Source of the DNA: Podarcis muralis
Lineage: Eukaryota
Reading direction: 5' to 3'
DNA: 64,000 nt
NCBI RefSeq assembly: GCF_964188315.1
Contig: NC_135667.1
Location: 9,300,001 to 9,364,000, forward strand
Shown here piece after piece: positions 60,401-64,000 of the stretch. The notes beneath the pieces are model-generated. The model was not told the DNA's origin. It ran no database searches and was given only the letters and a program-made list of their open reading frames with translations. Numbering within the stretch: position 1 is the first letter of the stretch; each line of letters begins with the position of its first letter. The translations under genes were made by a program, and so were the position numbers.

Positions 60401-63104
60401 ATTTTCAAATATTCCATGGAGCCATATCTTTCGCAATTCACTCAAATGAACCTAATGGGTTCCAAACATATATCCAGAACAAAAAACCCAACTCTGCAGA
60501 TGAAGACGGATTTTTCAAGGTTTTCTGGGAGCAGGCGTTTGAATGTTCTTTTTCAAATTCCATGTTGTCGGAGATACTGAATGCAACATGTACTGGAGAT
60601 GAGAAACCGGAGAGCCTTCCCAGGTCTGTGTTTGAAATGGGCATGACTGGCCACAGTTACAGTGTCTATAATGCTGTCTATGCTATAGCACATGCTTTGC
60701 ACGCCATGTACTCCTCTTGGGTCAAGTACAGAGCAGTGAAGGTATTTCAAAGGCTTGACCTTCACAGTGTTCAGCCTTGGCAGGTAATGTCTCTCAAATG
60801 AAATGGTTTTATTCTGGTAAAGTAGAAAGTGAAAGAGCAACTATCACTCACACCCATGTAAAATGATTTATTTGTTATGGTCATTGTAAGTTGCTGCCCA
60901 AGCTACCTGATAATGATGTTCTTTAGCCTTGGGTTCTCAGATATTGTGGGTGATAGTTCTTGGACAGTTCTTGACTCAGAAAAGATTCAGCTTATTCAAT
61001 CTTATCCTTTCCTGAACTAACACCAATTTCAAACACCTTGTAATCAGATGATGGGTTCTGAAATTGGTTTTTAATCACAATACTGATGACTTTTCCCAGA
61101 ATTGTCAGGTAGATGACACTTTATGGTTCCTCACATGCCCATTTCAGTATGCCTCTGAATGCCAGGCACTGGGAATCATTAATGGGGAGAACGCCTTTGC
61201 ATTCAGGACTTGATTGTGAACTTCTCAAAGGTACTGTGTTGGCCAATGTGATACTGAGATATAGGCCGTTATTATGTTTTCATAACATTAATTGTGTGGA
61301 ACAGCAGTCTCTCAGCATCACCTTCTGAGATCAACCCTCCTGAAGCAACTAAAGCTACTGAGAAATAATGTTGATCTTCCCTATCCTGACTAAATGCTAT
61401 GCAGAAAGAGAATCCCGTGTCTTCTAATTTTGGGAGGTGTTGGGGGAGGGAGCATTCCAATTTCATAAAAGCCTTACCAATTTTAAAAAATTACATTTAT
61501 ATTCCACATTTTTAATCCAAGAAGCTCAAGGTAGCATACATAGTTCTCCTCAGTTCGGTCCCACAATGACCCTATAAGGCAAGTGAAGCTGAGAGGCTGT
61601 GACTGGCCCAAGGTCACTAAGTAAGCTTCATAGCCAAGTTGTGATTTTAACCTTCATCTCCCAGATCCAAGTTCAACCACTACACAATAATAAAACTACA
61701 GTGGTACCTTGGGTTACATACGCTTCAGGTTATAGACGCTTCGGGTTACAGACTCCGCTAACCCAGAAATAGTACCTTGGGTTAAGAACTTTGCTTCAGG
61801 ACGAGAACAGAAATCATGCTCCAGCGGTGCGGCGGCAGCGAGAGGCCCAATTAGCTAAAGTGGTGCTTTAGGTTAAGAACAGTTTCAGGTTAAGAATGGA
61901 CCTCCGGAACGAATTAAGTATGTAGCCAGAGGTACCACTGTATTTGGAAGTGTTATAGTGAATAATCTAGATATCTGTATTTGATTGTATTTGAGTCATT
62001 TGCTATGGCTTGTGGCTGACACCAATAAAGATTTTATCTTATCCAGGTCTTATCCATGTTCATAAAACTTCACAAAAAGATTTCATCATGCTTCTCCTTT
62101 ATTTTTTTGTTCCCCCCAGCTTCACTCCTTTCTTCAAAGAATTTCTTTTAACAACTCAGCTGGAGAAAAAATGTTTTTTGATGACCATGGGGAATTGATA
62201 GCCAGATTTGATATCATGAACATGGACCTATTCCCAAACAATTCCTTTATTAAAATGAAAGTTGGAATGATGGATCCGAGTGCTGGGGAAGGGAAACAAT
62301 TCACCATTAATGACAATATCATTGTGTGGCACAGGAGCTTTAAGCAGGTGTGGATTCTTAGATACTCTGGGCAACAGCTCCATTATCAGGATAGGTGGTT
62401 TAGGGTATGTGATTGGAAGTCTAAATGATCCAGGAGTACACCCCACAAGCTATTAACAGCTCTGTCCAGGGGAGAGCAACTCAGTCCAGAACTGGCTATT
62501 TTCATATCCACTGGACTTGAGAAGCTGTACACATAACACCTCTCTCTTTTCAGGATTCCGTTATATAGATGGCTGAGATAAATAGAATGTTCAGATGAAT
62601 TGTGGGAGAGAGTGATGTGGCTGTAGTCATGACATTTTTCAAGAAGACAGCTGGACGAAAAACCTTATAGAATTGTGAAGCAAAATGTCTTTGATTAAGT
62701 AAAGGAACAGTTTAGGATCACTGCTGCTGTTTTGCAGAGATAGCAAAAGTCCCACACCCTAAATTTTGTAAGACACCAGTCCACCCCAGAATTTCTCTCA
62801 ACAATTTTGTAGCTTGAGAGTGGACGTGTGAAGGTGGGCTCTCAATGCCCCATCATTATGTGTCATGTTCTGTATTTAGGCATGCCTGTTGTTATGTTTT
62901 TTCCTTTGTGTGACAGTAAATCAATACTCCACCCCACAATTTATCCACCCCTAAACTCCCTTCATTGCTCTGCATAGGTAACACCTATTTCTGTATGTGG
63001 AGATTCTTGCCCCCCTGGTTATCAGAAGAAAAAGAAAGAAGGCGAGAAATTTTGCTGCTATGATTGTGCTCCATGCCCAGAAGGGAAGATCTCTGACCAA
63101 ATGG
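57413..63104 (+). CDS. V2R gene F, exons 1-5 (7TM exon lies beyond the window)
   Basis: Exons 57413-57633, 58368-58659, 59920-60783, 62120-62347, 62978-63104; GT-AG, in phase, no stops seen. Confidence 0.9.
58908..59708. mobile_element. Non-autonomous hAT-like element in intron 2 of F
   Basis: Ends TAAGGTTACCAGA / TCTGGTAACCCTA; flanking 8-mers ATATAGAT / GTATAGAT; subterminal GGGGAC repeats; GC-rich interior. Confidence 0.75.
61699..61940. mobile_element. Tigger-like MITE
   Basis: TA-CAGTGGTACCTTGGGTTAC ... AGAGGTACCACTG-TA; close to 31321-31562. Confidence 0.9.
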
Positions 63105-64000
63105 GTAAGTGATACACTTCACCAATTGTTATACTCTGGTGGATTAAACAGAACATGGGATTGTGTGGTTCAAATTTTGCCCAAATTTTGTAAGCAATTT
63201 TGCAAATACTCGGGAAGAAAGGGTCACTTAAACTTTGGGCACACAAGCCATTTTACAACAGAATTGGCCTCTGCCTGTTCAAACAAAATGAGGCCTTGTG
63301 TCTCTGTTAAGCTGAATTAGAAATGACAGCCCCTTAAAGTAGCTGATGGGAGACAGAAAGCAACCCACCGTGGAACACTCTTGGATCCAGAATATGTTCA
63401 GTGGTGGGTTGAGTTTTGCCCTCTCCCAGCCATTGTTTTGGTAGGGGCAGACTGGGATGCCAACAGGATGTTATGGGCTCAGGAGACCGTAGGTATATTT
63501 GGCCTTGGCTCATACATAAAACAGATCACAATCTGCAAATTGCATAAGATTTGTGTAAGTACAATGAATTCTTAAGTAGGGCCTAGACTTTAGCTCCTGC
63601 ATAGTAGGAGACAGGCTAAGCCTCTTTGCGGGTTTTTTCTTCTTCTAATTTTGCTTTTGCTGTGTGAGGCCAGAGGATTTCTTAATATCCACTATAGCTA
63701 TTGTATAGCTGTATTTGAAAAAAGAAAAGAAAAGAAAGATTTATAGCGAGTAACCTGATTTCAGACAAATTCACCAAAGGAAATATGCATCCTTGTTGCT
63801 AGGAAAAAGAGAAGGGCAAACTGCTGAGATTCCAAGCTCTAGAAAATGAGACAGAAGCTGAAAAAGTGCACTAAAGGGGATGGAATGCAGTAGTATTGTT
63901 TCTGGAGAGGCCAACATGGATTTCTGTTGCTTAGGTGTTTTTCTTTTTGAAGTCAATTGTCAATCACAGATCTGACTCATTGGCTAAACCGACCACTAAA

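Noticed and set aside
62161-62185. Suspected frameshift in homopolymers of F exon 4
   Set aside because: Recounting gives GGA GAA AAA ATG TTT TTT GAT, which is in frame.

Overview
Vertebrate, repeat-rich window, most likely from a squamate (lizard) genome, inferred from Sauria-type SINEs, tRNA-derived squamate SINEs, BovB and CR1 elements. It holds a tandem cluster of six vomeronasal type-2 receptor (V2R, class C GPCR) genes with the six-exon layout. Four on the minus strand (A-D) have open reading frames throughout. Plus-strand E has a single TGG>TAG stop at the end of exon 3. Plus-strand F runs off the window after exon 5. Two immunoglobulin heavy-chain variable segments (IGHV, minus strand) are interleaved with the V2Rs, each with octamer promoter, leader exon, V exon and RSS. 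IGHV1 has a canonical 23-bp-spacer RSS; in IGHV2 an 11-bp deletion has turned the homologous RSS into a 12-bp-spacer RSS. Other notable structure: an in-frame 75-nt duplicate of the start of exon 2 in genes A and C, mosaic paralog relationships, near-identical 7TM exons beside divergent ligand-binding exons, and many LINE, SINE and MITE insertions. All coordinates were read by hand; repeat family names are by motif recognition, not database search.
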